64,000 nt of DNA from Armatimonadota bacterium (GTDB lineage Bacteria; Vulcanimicrobiota; JACPDS01; JBDRKI01): contig JBDRKI010000048.1 in assembly GCA_043814095.1 (NCBI GenBank), positions 11,273 to 75,272 on the forward strand. The letters are read 5' to 3'. The notes below the pieces were generated by a model that did not search any database, was not told the origin of the DNA, and saw nothing but the letters and a program-made list of their open reading frames with translations. This document shows positions 11,264 through 20,919 of this stretch, one piece after another. The position numbers and the translations under genes are program-made. The stretch's first letter is position 1. Each line of letters begins with the position of its first letter.

Positions 11264-11836
11264 TCATAAAAACGGATTGCCGTCTTTTTCTTCTTCTATG
11301 GTTGTCTCGGGCCCGTGACCCGGATATACTTTATAACTACCGTCTAATGAAGTAAGTTCTTTCAGGGAATTTTCCATCTTGCCCATATCCCCGCCGGGAA
11401 GATCAACCCTGCCTATGCCCCGGCAGAAAAGAGTATCTCCAGAAAAAATAACTTTCTCTTTTTCAAATACAATACAGACCGAACCGGGACTGTGTCCCGG
11501 AGTGCTTAATGCTTTATACTCGAGGCCGCCGACTTTATAAACTCCGCCGTCTTTTAATTTTACGTCAACCGGCAGATTATTATAATTAATTTCCTTTTCT
11601 CCCATATAAATACCGGCGCCTGTTTTTTCCTTCAACTCAACAGCCGCGCCCGTATGATCGGGATGATTGTGTGTAATAATAACCTGTTTTACTTTAAAAC
11701 CGTTTTTCTCTGTTTCTTTTAAGATTTTATCAATTTCATCCCCGGGATCAATTACTGCCGCGTCCTTTGTTCCATCATCCGCGATAATACAGCAGTTTGT
11801 TTCCAGCATGCCGACCGGCAATATTTTAATTACCAT
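11264..11836 (-). CDS. MBL-fold metallo-hydrolase (glyoxalase II/YcbL-like)
   Basis: THNHPDH, TPGHSPG, FSGDTLF, PGHG; start at MVIKILPVG (ATG 11836, GAGG RBS). Confidence 0.93.
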   Translation of the reverse strand: MVIKILPVGMLETNCCIIADDGTKDAAVIDPGDEIDKILKETEKNGFKVKQVIITHNHPDHTGAAVELKEKTGAGIYMGEKEINYNNLPVDVKLKDGGVYKVGGLEYKALSTPGHSPGSVCIVFEKEKVIFSGDTLFCRGIGRVDLPGGDMGKMENSLKELTSLDGSYKVYPGHGPETTIEEEKDGNPFL

Positions 11837-12212
11837 TGTAACCTCTCTCTTTTTCGGATTTCGCCACCATAAAATGCACGAACTTAGCTCTATGCAGCTG
11901 AACCGCAAATCTTGTTGCTCTGGGAACGGAATCTTTCGCTTTTTCTTTGAACTCTTCTTCCATTTTTTGAGCAATTTCCGAAACCGTAAGATCTCCGTCG
12001 GCGTGCTTCCAGAAAAAAGAACCCAGTTCATCAAGATGAATAAACGTGGCTCTCGGAGTCTTAAGGTACTTCTGGCACAGCTTATCTATAAAAGAATCCC
12101 TGGTCTTTTCTATATCAACAAGCCCTTCTTCGTTTTCTTTCCATGAAAACTGCGGGTTTCTCATTACCTTAATCCTTGACCAGTCCGTTGTTACGGCTTT
12201 TTCCTGTTTCAT
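11826..12212 (-). CDS. PqqD-family (RRE-like) protein
   Basis: IHLDELGSFFWKHADGDLTVSEIAQKMEEEF...FAVQL matches the PqqD-family signature; overlaps the MBL start. Confidence 0.75.
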   Translation of the reverse strand: MKQEKAVTTDWSRIKVMRNPQFSWKENEEGLVDIEKTRDSFIDKLCQKYLKTPRATFIHLDELGSFFWKHADGDLTVSEIAQKMEEEFKEKAKDSVPRATRFAVQLHRAKFVHFMVAKSEKERGYNGN

Positions 12213-12235
12213 AATGCCAACCCCCGTAAATTATT

Positions 12236-12685
12236 TTAAAATAGTTTTTTTGAATCAAGAAGTACAGTCACGGGCCCGTCATTTATAAGTTCCACGGACA
12301 TATGGGCCGCGAACACGCCTTCCCCGACATTTAACCCGCTTTTTTTGATCTCATCAACAAAAAACCTGTAAAGGTTATTGGCTTTCTCCGGATCCGCAGC
12401 CCGGGTAAAATCAGGGCGCCTCCCCCTTCTTACATCGCCAAGCAGCGTAAACTGGGAAACAACAAGTATCTCCCCTTTTACGTCGAGACAGGAAAGGTTC
12501 ATTTTGTCATTCCCGTCTTTAAAAACACGCAGGTTTAAAATTTTATCAATAAGATACAAAGCGTCTTTTTCTTCATCGTCCTGAGCTGCCCCCAGAAGAA
12601 CAAGAAATCCGCTGCCTATTATCCCCGTAACTTTTCCGTCAACCGTGACTTTAGATTCTTTTACTTTTTGAACAACAGCTCTCAT
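12236..12685 (-). CDS. dtd: D-aminoacyl-tRNA deacylase
   Basis: MRAVVQ, SQFTL, GRRPDF, NDGPVT motifs; follows relA. Confidence 0.98.
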   Translation of the reverse strand: MRAVVQKVKESKVTVDGKVTGIIGSGFLVLLGAAQDDEEKDALYLIDKILNLRVFKDGNDKMNLSCLDVKGEILVVSQFTLLGDVRRGRRPDFTRAADPEKANNLYRFFVDEIKKSGLNVGEGVFAAHMSVELINDGPVTVLLDSKKLF

Positions 12686-12696
12686 AACAACCAGCC

Positions 12697-14889
12697 TTAT
12701 TTGATATGCGTCACTCTTCTTACGTCTATTACGTCTTTTTGCTTTTTAATCTCATCCATAATGCCTTTAAGTTCTTTAACGTTTTTAACCTCCAGGCATA
12801 TTTTTATCTGCGCTCTTTCCTTTTTTGCCACCGCAAGGCAGCTGTCTGCAGATATTTTTCTCTCATTTAAAACACTCATAATATCGGATAAAAGCCCCGA
12901 CCTGTCCCATGCTTCTATTTCAATCTCAATGCCGGCAAAGACGCCCTTAAAATCAGGATTCCATTTAATCTCCACCAGTCTTTCCTTCTGGCTGGCAAGG
13001 GATTTTAAATTTATGCAGTTTTCCCTGTGAACCGATATGCCTTTGCCCAGAGTTACATATCCTTTTATCTTGTCGCCGTAAACAGGAGAACAGCACTTAG
13101 AGAAACGGACAAGAACATTTTCAAGCCCGGGCACTATAACCGCATCCCCGTATTTGCGGCGTCTTTTTTTTGTTTTGGGAGCTGAAATCATTTTTTCAAT
13201 TTCTTCTTTGGGAAGCTCGTCTTTAAACCGCATCAAGACCGTTGATAAATTAACTTCCCCGTAACCCAGAGCCGCATAAAAATCATCTAAAGAGGTAAAT
13301 TTAAGACCTTTTGAAATCTTTTTAATTATATCATCCGAATCCAGTATTTTCTCAAGACGCTGTTTTTTAAGTTCTTTCTGCAGAAGCTCCCTGCCCAGCG
13401 CGATGTTGTCTTCTCTTTTCTCTTTTTTAATCCACTGTTTTATCTTTGTCTTGGCATGACTTGTCTTACATATCTTAAGCCAGTCCAGGTTCGGGCCGCT
13501 GTTTTTCGCGGTTATTATCTCAATTATATCACCTGTCTGGAGCTGGTAATCAAGGGGGACTATTTTCGTATTGACTTTGGCCCCCACGCATTTGTGGCCT
13601 ATATCCGTATGAATTCTATACGCGAAATCTATGGGAGTCGCGCCCATGGGAAGATCTATAACATCCGATTTGGGGGTAAAGACAAATATCTGGGTTTTTA
13701 ATAAATCATCTTTTAAATTCTTTATATAATCACGGGCGGTTGTAGCGCCTTCCTGAGAATCAAGAAGTATATTGATAAGGGGAAGTATCTCTTTGCTGAG
13801 CGCGAGATTGTGCCCGCCTTCCTTATACGCCCAGTGAGCGGCAATGCCGTACTCGTTAACTTCGTGCATCTCCTGGGTTCTTATCTGCACTTCCAGAGGC
13901 TGGCTGCCCGGACCGTAAACTGTTGTGTGCAGGGAACGGTAATTGTTGGGTTTGGGCATGGCTATATAATCTTTTATCCTGTCCATTAGAGGCATCCACA
14001 GGCTGTGAATAATACCCAGAGAGCCGTAGCATTCTTCAATAGTACCGACTATAATCCTGACAGCGAAAAGATCATAAACTTCCTTGAACTCTATGCCTTT
14101 ATTTTTCATTTTTAAATATATGCTGTATAAATGCTTGGGGCGCCCTTCAATTTTCACGTGAATATCCGATTCCTCAAGCTTCTTTTTAACAGTATTGCAT
14201 ACCCCGTGTATTACTTTTTCTCTTTCCGCTCTTTTTGAGGCGAGCTTGTCTTCAAGCTCCTCATACATCTCCGGCTCAAGATAATGAAATGAAAGATCTT
14301 CAAGCTCCCATTTTATATGCCATAAACCCAGCCTTGAAGCTATCGGAGCGAATATATCAAGGGTTTCTTTTGAGATAATCTTTCTTTTAGTCGAAGGAAG
14401 AGACCCTAAAGTGCGCATGTTATGCAGGCGGTCGGCTATTTTTATAAGGATAACCCTTATATCATCGGCCATGGCCATAAAAATCTTGCGCAGATTTTTC
14501 GCCCTGTTTTCTTCTTTGAATACTCTCTTTTTCTTTATCCCCGGCTCTCTTTCCAGATCTTCTTTAGAGACGCTCATTGCCGAAAGTTTCGTTACTCCGT
14601 CAACCAGATTCGCGACATCATTGCCGAACATCTCCCTCACTTCATTAAGAGTTGCGGGCGTATCCTCAACAATATCATGCAGGAGCGACGCGGCGATCGT
14701 AACCTCATCCATCTTTAATTCGGCCAGAATATTAGCCACGCTGAAAGGATGTTCAATGTACGGTTCGCCGGAAGCCCTTATCTGGTTCTCGTGAAAAAGG
14801 CAGGCGTAATGGTACGCGCTTTTTATTAAATCTATATTAGCTTCGGGATAATATTCTTTAACTTTGCTTGTTATTGTCCTTATATTCAC
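12697..14889 (-). CDS. relA: Bifunctional (p)ppGpp synthetase/hydrolase (long RSH)
   Basis: HD motif (LLHDIVED), ADRLHNMRT, RPKHLYSIY, YRSLHT, EVQIRT, then TGS and ACT domains; GTG start. Confidence 0.97.
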   Translation of the reverse strand: MNIRTITSKVKEYYPEANIDLIKSAYHYACLFHENQIRASGEPYIEHPFSVANILAELKMDEVTIAASLLHDIVEDTPATLNEVREMFGNDVANLVDGVTKLSAMSVSKEDLEREPGIKKKRVFKEENRAKNLRKIFMAMADDIRVILIKIADRLHNMRTLGSLPSTKRKIISKETLDIFAPIASRLGLWHIKWELEDLSFHYLEPEMYEELEDKLASKRAEREKVIHGVCNTVKKKLEESDIHVKIEGRPKHLYSIYLKMKNKGIEFKEVYDLFAVRIIVGTIEECYGSLGIIHSLWMPLMDRIKDYIAMPKPNNYRSLHTTVYGPGSQPLEVQIRTQEMHEVNEYGIAAHWAYKEGGHNLALSKEILPLINILLDSQEGATTARDYIKNLKDDLLKTQIFVFTPKSDVIDLPMGATPIDFAYRIHTDIGHKCVGAKVNTKIVPLDYQLQTGDIIEIITAKNSGPNLDWLKICKTSHAKTKIKQWIKKEKREDNIALGRELLQKELKKQRLEKILDSDDIIKKISKGLKFTSLDDFYAALGYGEVNLSTVLMRFKDELPKEEIEKMISAPKTKKRRRKYGDAVIVPGLENVLVRFSKCCSPVYGDKIKGYVTLGKGISVHRENCINLKSLASQKERLVEIKWNPDFKGVFAGIEIEIEAWDRSGLLSDIMSVLNERKISADSCLAVAKKERAQIKICLEVKNVKELKGIMDEIKKQKDVIDVRRVTHIK

Positions 14890-15061
14890 CGCAACCTCAT
14901 AATAATTATATATATAGTTTAATAAGATTTCTAAAGCTACTGTAATTTATCCTTTTTTTGCATAAATTTATTATACTTATTAAAAGTTAATAAAATATTG
15001 ACATTTGTTAATAATCCGGCAAAAAAAAGATTGTTATAATTAGGGCAGGAGTTAAAATAAT

Positions 15062-15091
15062 TGCAGGGACGGGCCTCAGCCTGTCCCTGCA
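15062..15091. terminator. GC-rich hairpin downstream of the IPT lipoprotein gene
   Basis: TGCAGGGACGGGC-CTCA-GCCTGTCCCTGCA flanked by AT-rich tracts on both sides. Confidence 0.7.
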
Positions 15092-15120
15092 TATTTATTT
15101 TTAATACTTATAAAATATGA

Positions 15121-17061
15121 TTAATTAATTTCCGCATTCGGCCCGTAATGAAGTATTGTGCCGCCTGAACCTACCGCAAACACATCTGACGAACCCGAAC
15201 CCCATACGCCGTAAAGACAGTTTGTCGTACCTGAAGCCATTGCGGACCAACTGGTTCCGTCATAATGGATGATTGTGCCGTCCTGGCCTACCGCAAATAC
15301 ATCGGTAGGCGATGAACCCCATACCGCATAAAGATTTCTCGTGGTAATACCGGCCGATGTATCTGTAATCCAGTTTGTGCCGTCATAACGAAGTATCGTG
15401 CCGCCTTCCCCGACTACAAATATATTTCCGCTTGATGTGCCCCATATCCCTCTGAGGGGGTTTGAAATCACCGACGGATACTGCGGATACTCTGTCCACT
15501 GCTGGTTATTATAACGGAGTATCTTTCCGCTGGTGCCTTCAAAATTGCCACCGACTATATATACATTATCCGCCGACGTGCCCCAGACCGCGTAACAGAT
15601 ATTCGGAGGAACTATGGGGGAAATATACATATCTGTCCATTCCCCGTTATAACTTTTCATTATCTTTCCATTATTATACTTATTATTTCCTACAGCATAT
15701 ATATTATTGTTAGATGAAGCGCCCCATATACCTCTGATATGGGCGATGCCGTTTACTGATCCGAAATTCCACATATTGTCGCTATAAGAAAGAAACGGCG
15801 AATTATCATTCGTATAATCCGTTCCTCCCGCATACACTAATTGAGGAGAACCGCCCCATACCGAACAAAGCTCGCTAGCTGTAGGCACATTCTTTGCTAT
15901 CCATGCCGCTCCGTTATAATGGGAGGCTATTTTTTGAGAACCCACAATTCCCGCACCCACAGCAATTACATTGTTAGAAGCAAAACCGTATACAGCCATA
16001 AGATCGCCTGCGTTTGCGGGAGCATCCATCGCGGCCCAGTTATAATCGGTGGAAACGGTAAAAACAACGCCGTTGGAAGCTCTGTTATTAACCGTAACGA
16101 CCACATTGCCGGTTGAAGCCGTAGTAGGCACAACACAGGTAATCCGCGTGTCCGACCAGCTTGTTACCAGAGCGGCGGCGCCGTTAAATGTTACACTAGA
16201 AGTTGTAGCCTGCTGTGAGCCGAAATTACGTCCCGTTATCGCAACGGCAGTGCCGTAAGTACCGGCAGCCGGGTCTAATGCGGTTATATAAGGGCCGGTA
16301 GCGCTCGTGGAAACTGTAAAAGGAACGCTGTTTGACGCCGTGCCGTTTACGGTAACAACCACATTGCCCGTTGAAGCTCCCGTAGGAACGGAACATATAA
16401 TCCTGCTGTTTGTCCATGATGTTACAGTGATCGCCTCGATCCCGTTGAATTTGACCGTGGAACTTCCCTGATTATCGCCGAAGTTATACCCGTCAATTAT
16501 GACCGCAACTCCTACCTGTCCGCTTGTCGGATTTAATTTTGTAATCTGCGGGTTAGTAGTATCTCCCGTTTGGGTCGGAACTACGGCATCGCTTTTTCCT
16601 ATAAAACTGTACCCGAAAGTACCGCTTGCAAGAGTAACCAGCGCCTGGTCATTATCACCGGCTTTAATTACAACATCGGTTGTTCCGTATCCTATCTCGG
16701 TACCCACGGTATCATACGCCTGGCTCACTACTGTCACTGCCCCTATGGGAATGCCGTTTATGGTAACTGTTTCGGTTGAGTTTGAGGCATTCCGCCTTAT
16801 AATAATGGCGTTAACTTCACGGTTATAAACGGTTGTGCCCGCATCCCGTGCAACCGTGCATACATTAACTTTTAAGCTGTAAGTGTTTTCAAGCACTGTT
16901 GTCTTGGCTGATGAAGGCCAGTTTACGGTAACAGTCATGCTGCCCGTATCGCCTCTGGCTGCATTGCTTGAAGAAGTTCCTCCGAAAAGGCCGCCGGACC
17001 CGCAGCTTGATAAAAAAACGGCTAAAATTAAAAGGAATACAAATAAAGCGAGTTTTTTCAT
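15121..17061 (-). CDS. Surface lipoprotein with two IPT/TIG domains and a C-terminal beta-propeller
   Basis: Lipobox FLSSC; two P-x-ITxLxP...GxNFG...SWxxxxI...VP...GNVVVTVN repeats; repeated VWGSSxxDVFAVG blades. Confidence 0.88.
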   Translation of the reverse strand: MKKLALFVFLLILAVFLSSCGSGGLFGGTSSSNAARGDTGSMTVTVNWPSSAKTTVLENTYSLKVNVCTVARDAGTTVYNREVNAIIIRRNASNSTETVTINGIPIGAVTVVSQAYDTVGTEIGYGTTDVVIKAGDNDQALVTLASGTFGYSFIGKSDAVVPTQTGDTTNPQITKLNPTSGQVGVAVIIDGYNFGDNQGSSTVKFNGIEAITVTSWTNSRIICSVPTGASTGNVVVTVNGTASNSVPFTVSTSATGPYITALDPAAGTYGTAVAITGRNFGSQQATTSSVTFNGAAALVTSWSDTRITCVVPTTASTGNVVVTVNNRASNGVVFTVSTDYNWAAMDAPANAGDLMAVYGFASNNVIAVGAGIVGSQKIASHYNGAAWIAKNVPTASELCSVWGGSPQLVYAGGTDYTNDNSPFLSYSDNMWNFGSVNGIAHIRGIWGASSNNNIYAVGNNKYNNGKIMKSYNGEWTDMYISPIVPPNICYAVWGTSADNVYIVGGNFEGTSGKILRYNNQQWTEYPQYPSVISNPLRGIWGTSSGNIFVVGEGGTILRYDGTNWITDTSAGITTRNLYAVWGSSPTDVFAVGQDGTIIHYDGTSWSAMASGTTNCLYGVWGSGSSDVFAVGSGGTILHYGPNAEIN

Positions 17062-17140
17062 AAAAACCTCTGAATGTTTAATTTTATTATCCCTTTCATT
17101 TTCCCTGTTTATTTATAAATTCCTTTATAATTTTTATACA

Positions 17141-17169
17141 AAAAAATCCCGAGGTAACCGCGGGATTTT
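17141..17169 (-). terminator. Intrinsic terminator after tRNA-Met
   Basis: Minus strand AAAATCCCG-CGGTTACCT-CGGGATTTTTT. Confidence 0.75.
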
Positions 17170-17179
17170 ATTCCTTCTA

Positions 17180-17254
17180 TGGTGGCGAGGAGAGGATTCG
17201 AACCTCTGACCAAGGGCTTATGAGTCCCCTGCTCTACCCCTGAGCTACCCCGCC
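17180..17254 (-). tRNA. tRNA-Met (CAT), probably elongator
   Basis: 75-nt cloverleaf GGCGGGG...CTCATAA...TTCGAAT...CCTCGCC-A-CCA. The paired 1-72 position argues against the initiator; Ile2 cannot be fully excluded. Confidence 0.93.
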
Positions 17255-17284
17255 GGTTATTTTTTAAAAGTAGAATTAGACATT

Positions 17285-17313
17285 ATTATACTTAACCCTT
17301 TATTTGGTGTCAA
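17285..17313 (-). promoter_or_regulatory. Consensus sigma70 promoter for tRNA-Met
   Basis: TTGACA-17 nt-TATAAT. Confidence 0.85.
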
Positions 17314-17340
17314 TAATAATATTTAAATCCATTAATATTA

Positions 17341-17368
17341 CAAGGTTTTTTAAAATTATAGTAGAATT
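17341..17368 (+). promoter_or_regulatory. SigH-like promoter of the pilin-propeller gene
   Basis: CAAGGTTTT-11 nt-GTAGAATT; the same geometry recurs at 21393-21420 on the minus strand. Confidence 0.5.
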
Positions 17369-17381
17369 ATAAAATAAGGTT

Positions 17382-19067
17382 ATGAAATTTTTATCTAACA
17401 GCAAACAAAAACAATCCGGGTTCTCACTTGTAGAGCTCAATGTTGCTATTGTGTTATTCCTTCTTTCCGCTGTAGCTATTATAGGCATCCTTACTTTCTG
17501 CACCGCAGGCGCGAAAAAATCAACGGAGCTCGCACAGTGCGTACAGCTTGCCCAGCGTAAAATGGCTGAAACAATATGCCTCGGAGCCGATGATATAAAA
17601 GACGCCGCAGTTCCTGCGGCATTCCCTTCTCCTTTTGAAAGATATGCTTACACCGTACGGAAGATCAAACCCACAGATACCAGATTAAGTGATTTTGTTG
17701 AAGTATGCGTTACCGTAAAGAGCCCCACGGGAACAAAAACGGAACTGGTGACTTTAAAAAACTCAAAAGAGGCGCCATCCACCTGGGCAAAATTATTCAG
17801 TAAAAAAAACGCACGGAATGCCGATGTCAAAAAAATAATACAAACCAAAGACGGCGGATACCTTGTTATAATCAGCTTTAATTATCCTGGTAAATCAAGC
17901 AGACCTTGGATATTAAAGCTTAATCCCGACGGGTCAGTTGCCTGGGAAAAAGAATACGACGTTGGCCGTGGATTCCACAATCTCACTTCCGTTTGTGAAA
18001 ATGAAGACGGGAGTTTTACCGCAATAGGAACCTCCGATAAATTCGGAGGAGACAGGGAATGCGGATGGATTATTAAACTCAACCCCGACGGATCAACCGC
18101 ATGGGAAAAATTATACGGCACCCGGGGAGCAACAACCGCTAATTACCTGAATACTATCCAACGAACATCAGACGGCGGGTATATTGCCTCAGGCGACATT
18201 TGTTATGACTATTATTCTTCATATAAAAAAACCCGCGGTTGGCAGGACGGATGGGTCGTTAAATTCAGATCTGACGGTTCGATTCAATGGCAGAAGGCCT
18301 ACGGGGGGTCGGAAACTGACATGATCCATTCTGCCCGGCAAACATCCGACGGGGGATATATTATGACAATTTATGACTCTTCTTCCGGAGCCGCTTGGAC
18401 CAGTCGGCTTTGTGTCATGAAGCTAAATTCTGACGGCTCTGTTTCCTGGCAGAAAAAATATGAAGGAGTAGATGCAAGTTCCTCTCAAATACTACAAACC
18501 GATAACGGTGACTATACCGTAATGGGCCAGGCCCGGGACACTAACAACAAAATCTGCCCGTGGATTGCAAAACTTACATCAAACGGCAACATTAAATGGC
18601 AAAAATTATACGGCAGGGAAACATACGGAAACTATAAACGTATCTTTTCTTTAGAACCGACATCTGACGGCAGCTATATCGCCGCGGGAGGTTTTCAAAT
18701 AGCAACTAAAGTTGGTAGTTATTTCAGAAGCAATCGAGAGGCATGGATTCTTAAAATTGATTCAAACGGTTATCCCGTATGGCAGAAAGCGCTCGGCAGC
18801 CCCCTTGTTGCAGAAGGATACGGGGGCTGGGATGAGGGCAAATTCGCACAACAGATATCCGACGGCGGATATATTATGGGCGGACCATACGATGATCAAG
18901 TTGCGCGTAAAACAGAGGGCTGGGTCGTTAAATTTGATTCCAAAGGAAATACCACTCTCAACCCCGGCGCGGTAATGATAGACACTACAACACCTGTTTA
19001 TAACGCATCTATAAGCCCGCGCAATAACAACCTAACGGTAATTAACACTAACGCGACATCCCGTTAA
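17382..19067 (+). CDS. Type IV minor pilin (PilV/GspI-like) fused to a 7-repeat beta-propeller
   Basis: Prepilin site QSG|FSLVE plus hydrophobic helix; seven TxDGGY...WxxKLxxDGxxxW(E/Q)KxY repeats. Confidence 0.85.
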   Translation: MKFLSNSKQKQSGFSLVELNVAIVLFLLSAVAIIGILTFCTAGAKKSTELAQCVQLAQRKMAETICLGADDIKDAAVPAAFPSPFERYAYTVRKIKPTDTRLSDFVEVCVTVKSPTGTKTELVTLKNSKEAPSTWAKLFSKKNARNADVKKIIQTKDGGYLVIISFNYPGKSSRPWILKLNPDGSVAWEKEYDVGRGFHNLTSVCENEDGSFTAIGTSDKFGGDRECGWIIKLNPDGSTAWEKLYGTRGATTANYLNTIQRTSDGGYIASGDICYDYYSSYKKTRGWQDGWVVKFRSDGSIQWQKAYGGSETDMIHSARQTSDGGYIMTIYDSSSGAAWTSRLCVMKLNSDGSVSWQKKYEGVDASSSQILQTDNGDYTVMGQARDTNNKICPWIAKLTSNGNIKWQKLYGRETYGNYKRIFSLEPTSDGSYIAAGGFQIATKVGSYFRSNREAWILKIDSNGYPVWQKALGSPLVAEGYGGWDEGKFAQQISDGGYIMGGPYDDQVARKTEGWVVKFDSKGNTTLNPGAVMIDTTTPVYNASISPRNNNLTVINTNATSR

Positions 19068-19079
19068 AAATTTTTGCGT

Positions 19080-20189
19080 CTACACCCCGCTGAATGTGCC
19101 TATCATCTCATAAAGAGGCATAAGAAGGGCAAAGAGTATAAAACCTACCACAACACCCAGTATTGATATAATTAAAGGTTCAAGAATTGTGCTCATGTTA
19201 TCAAGGAAATTCCTTGCGTCAACTTCATAATAATGCGCCGCGCTGTCAAGTATCATGGGGAGCTCCCCTGTATCCTCGCCTGTTGCTATCATATTGACAA
19301 CGATACGGGGAAAAAGATGTTCCTTTGCCAGAGCGCCGGCAATGGTGTCCCCTTCCGAAACATTTTTTAAAGCGTTTTCTATATCTTCTTTGTAATACGC
19401 GTTATCCACAATATCTTCCAGGAGCTTCATTGACTGCGCGAACGAAAGCCCGCTTGAATACAGAAGAGAAAAAGACCTGCAGAAGCGCGCCATAATTATT
19501 TTAGACATAATTTTATTTACTACGGGAATATTTAACATAATAGCGTCTTTAACCATCTTCCCTTTTTCTGTTTTCATATACCGGCTCCATAAAACTATAC
19601 AACCGACAACCAGCAATAACAGTACAAAAAATTTCCAACCGCTTAAAATATCGTTAATCCCGATAAGAATTCTCGTGGGCAGGGGAAGCTTCATCCCGAA
19701 ATTAGCAAACATCGGGAGAAAACCGGGCAGAACACATTTAATGATAACTAAAACAACCAGTATGGAACTTATAAAAACAATGGCGGGATATGTTAAAGCG
19801 GCTATACACTGATTACGCATCTTGACGTCTTCTTCAAGCTCGCGGGCCAGTTTTACCATTGCTTCGGGCAGAGAACCGGAAGTCTCGCCGCATTTAACCG
19901 TGGCTATATAAAGAGACGAAAAAACATCTCTGTGGTACGAAAGAGCCTGCGAAAAAGATGCCCCCTGGGCCAGGATGCGCAGCTTTATATCTTCTGTTAC
20001 TTCTAATAATCTTTTATTATCGGTCTGCGCCATAAGAACATCTATTGCCGAGGCTATATGGATACCGCTTGATAAAAGGGTGGACATCTGCCTTGTAAAG
20101 ATCGCCATCTCTTTAAGCGGAACCTTTTTCTTTGCTTTAAATAAAGAAGTAAGTTTTTCTTTTGTTTCTTTTTTCATTTGAGTGATCAT
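19080..20189 (-). CDS. pilC: Type II secretion system F / PilC platform protein
   Basis: FTRQMSTLLSSG, GETSGSL, ALTYP, GEDTGEL, LEP duplicated T2SSF motifs. Confidence 0.93.
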   Translation of the reverse strand: MITQMKKETKEKLTSLFKAKKKVPLKEMAIFTRQMSTLLSSGIHIASAIDVLMAQTDNKRLLEVTEDIKLRILAQGASFSQALSYHRDVFSSLYIATVKCGETSGSLPEAMVKLARELEEDVKMRNQCIAALTYPAIVFISSILVVLVIIKCVLPGFLPMFANFGMKLPLPTRILIGINDILSGWKFFVLLLLVVGCIVLWSRYMKTEKGKMVKDAIMLNIPVVNKIMSKIIMARFCRSFSLLYSSGLSFAQSMKLLEDIVDNAYYKEDIENALKNVSEGDTIAGALAKEHLFPRIVVNMIATGEDTGELPMILDSAAHYYEVDARNFLDNMSTILEPLIISILGVVVGFILFALLMPLYEMIGTFSGV

Positions 20190-20196
20190 AACTTAT

Positions 20197-20892
20197 CTAA
20201 TATAAGGGGGTATATATACCCTTATTCCTTTCAAGCCACACTTTCGTATCCATCGGATAATAACCGGCCAGATTCAATCCTTCTTTTCTGTTAATTACTA
20301 TCCCTATATCCATTATCTGTGTGTAATGATTATCCGGATCATCCGGATAATTACCGAGAGTCGTTCTGTAGTCTTTGTCAAACTTAAAATTAAACGCGCC
20401 GTACTGGAAATTTCTTACATCCTGCAGGAAACCCAGCACCGTTATCTGCGTGGAAGGATCTGTCACTTTCCATGTTGCCGGATCCTCATTAGCTCCCTCG
20501 TCAAAAAGCACCCTTTTTATAGATCCTTCTATATTATCAACATAATAACCCACAACCCTGTTTTCGTCCGCGGATACTTTGACATTAAAACATAAGCTTT
20601 TGTCAGGGGATGCCGGCATATAACCGTATTCTATCTTATCGCTGTTTGATTTTAATTTTGCATAAGCGGCTTTATCGGGACAGTATATGCACTCGGCAAT
20701 TTTCAGCTCGTTTGCTATCTTATTCAAAGCCGTAAAGTTGCTCTTAATTGTTTCCGATACCGAAGACCTGAACCTGTATTCCTGCATGGAAGATTGAAAA
20801 AGGATCAGTACGGCCGCGCTGACCATTAAAAGTATTGCCGCCGATATAAGGGTTTCCAGTAAACTTATGCCTTTTTGTTTTTCATCCGTCAA
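20197..20892 (-). CDS. Type IV minor pilin (PilW-like)
   Basis: KQKG|ISLLETLIS prepilin motif with E5; TTG start. Confidence 0.8.
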   Translation of the reverse strand: MTDEKQKGISLLETLISAAILLMVSAAVLILFQSSMQEYRFRSSVSETIKSNFTALNKIANELKIAECIYCPDKAAYAKLKSNSDKIEYGYMPASPDKSLCFNVKVSADENRVVGYYVDNIEGSIKRVLFDEGANEDPATWKVTDPSTQITVLGFLQDVRNFQYGAFNFKFDKDYRTTLGNYPDDPDNHYTQIMDIGIVINRKEGLNLAGYYPMDTKVWLERNKGIYTPLY

Positions 20893-20919
20893 AACAGTTT
20901 TTCCCTTTTCTTTTTTTAA

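Noticed and set aside
10026-11300. T-box riboswitch before tyrS
   Set aside because: tyrS is operon-internal with a 14-nt gap, leaving no leader.
11837-12034. N-terminal extension of the MBL ORF in the track
   Set aside because: Overlaps the PqqD-like gene; the RBS and family start fit ATG 11836.
15121-17254. tRNA-Met-anchored genomic island
   Set aside because: No integrase and no duplicated tRNA 3' end found; same for tRNA-Leu at 26451.
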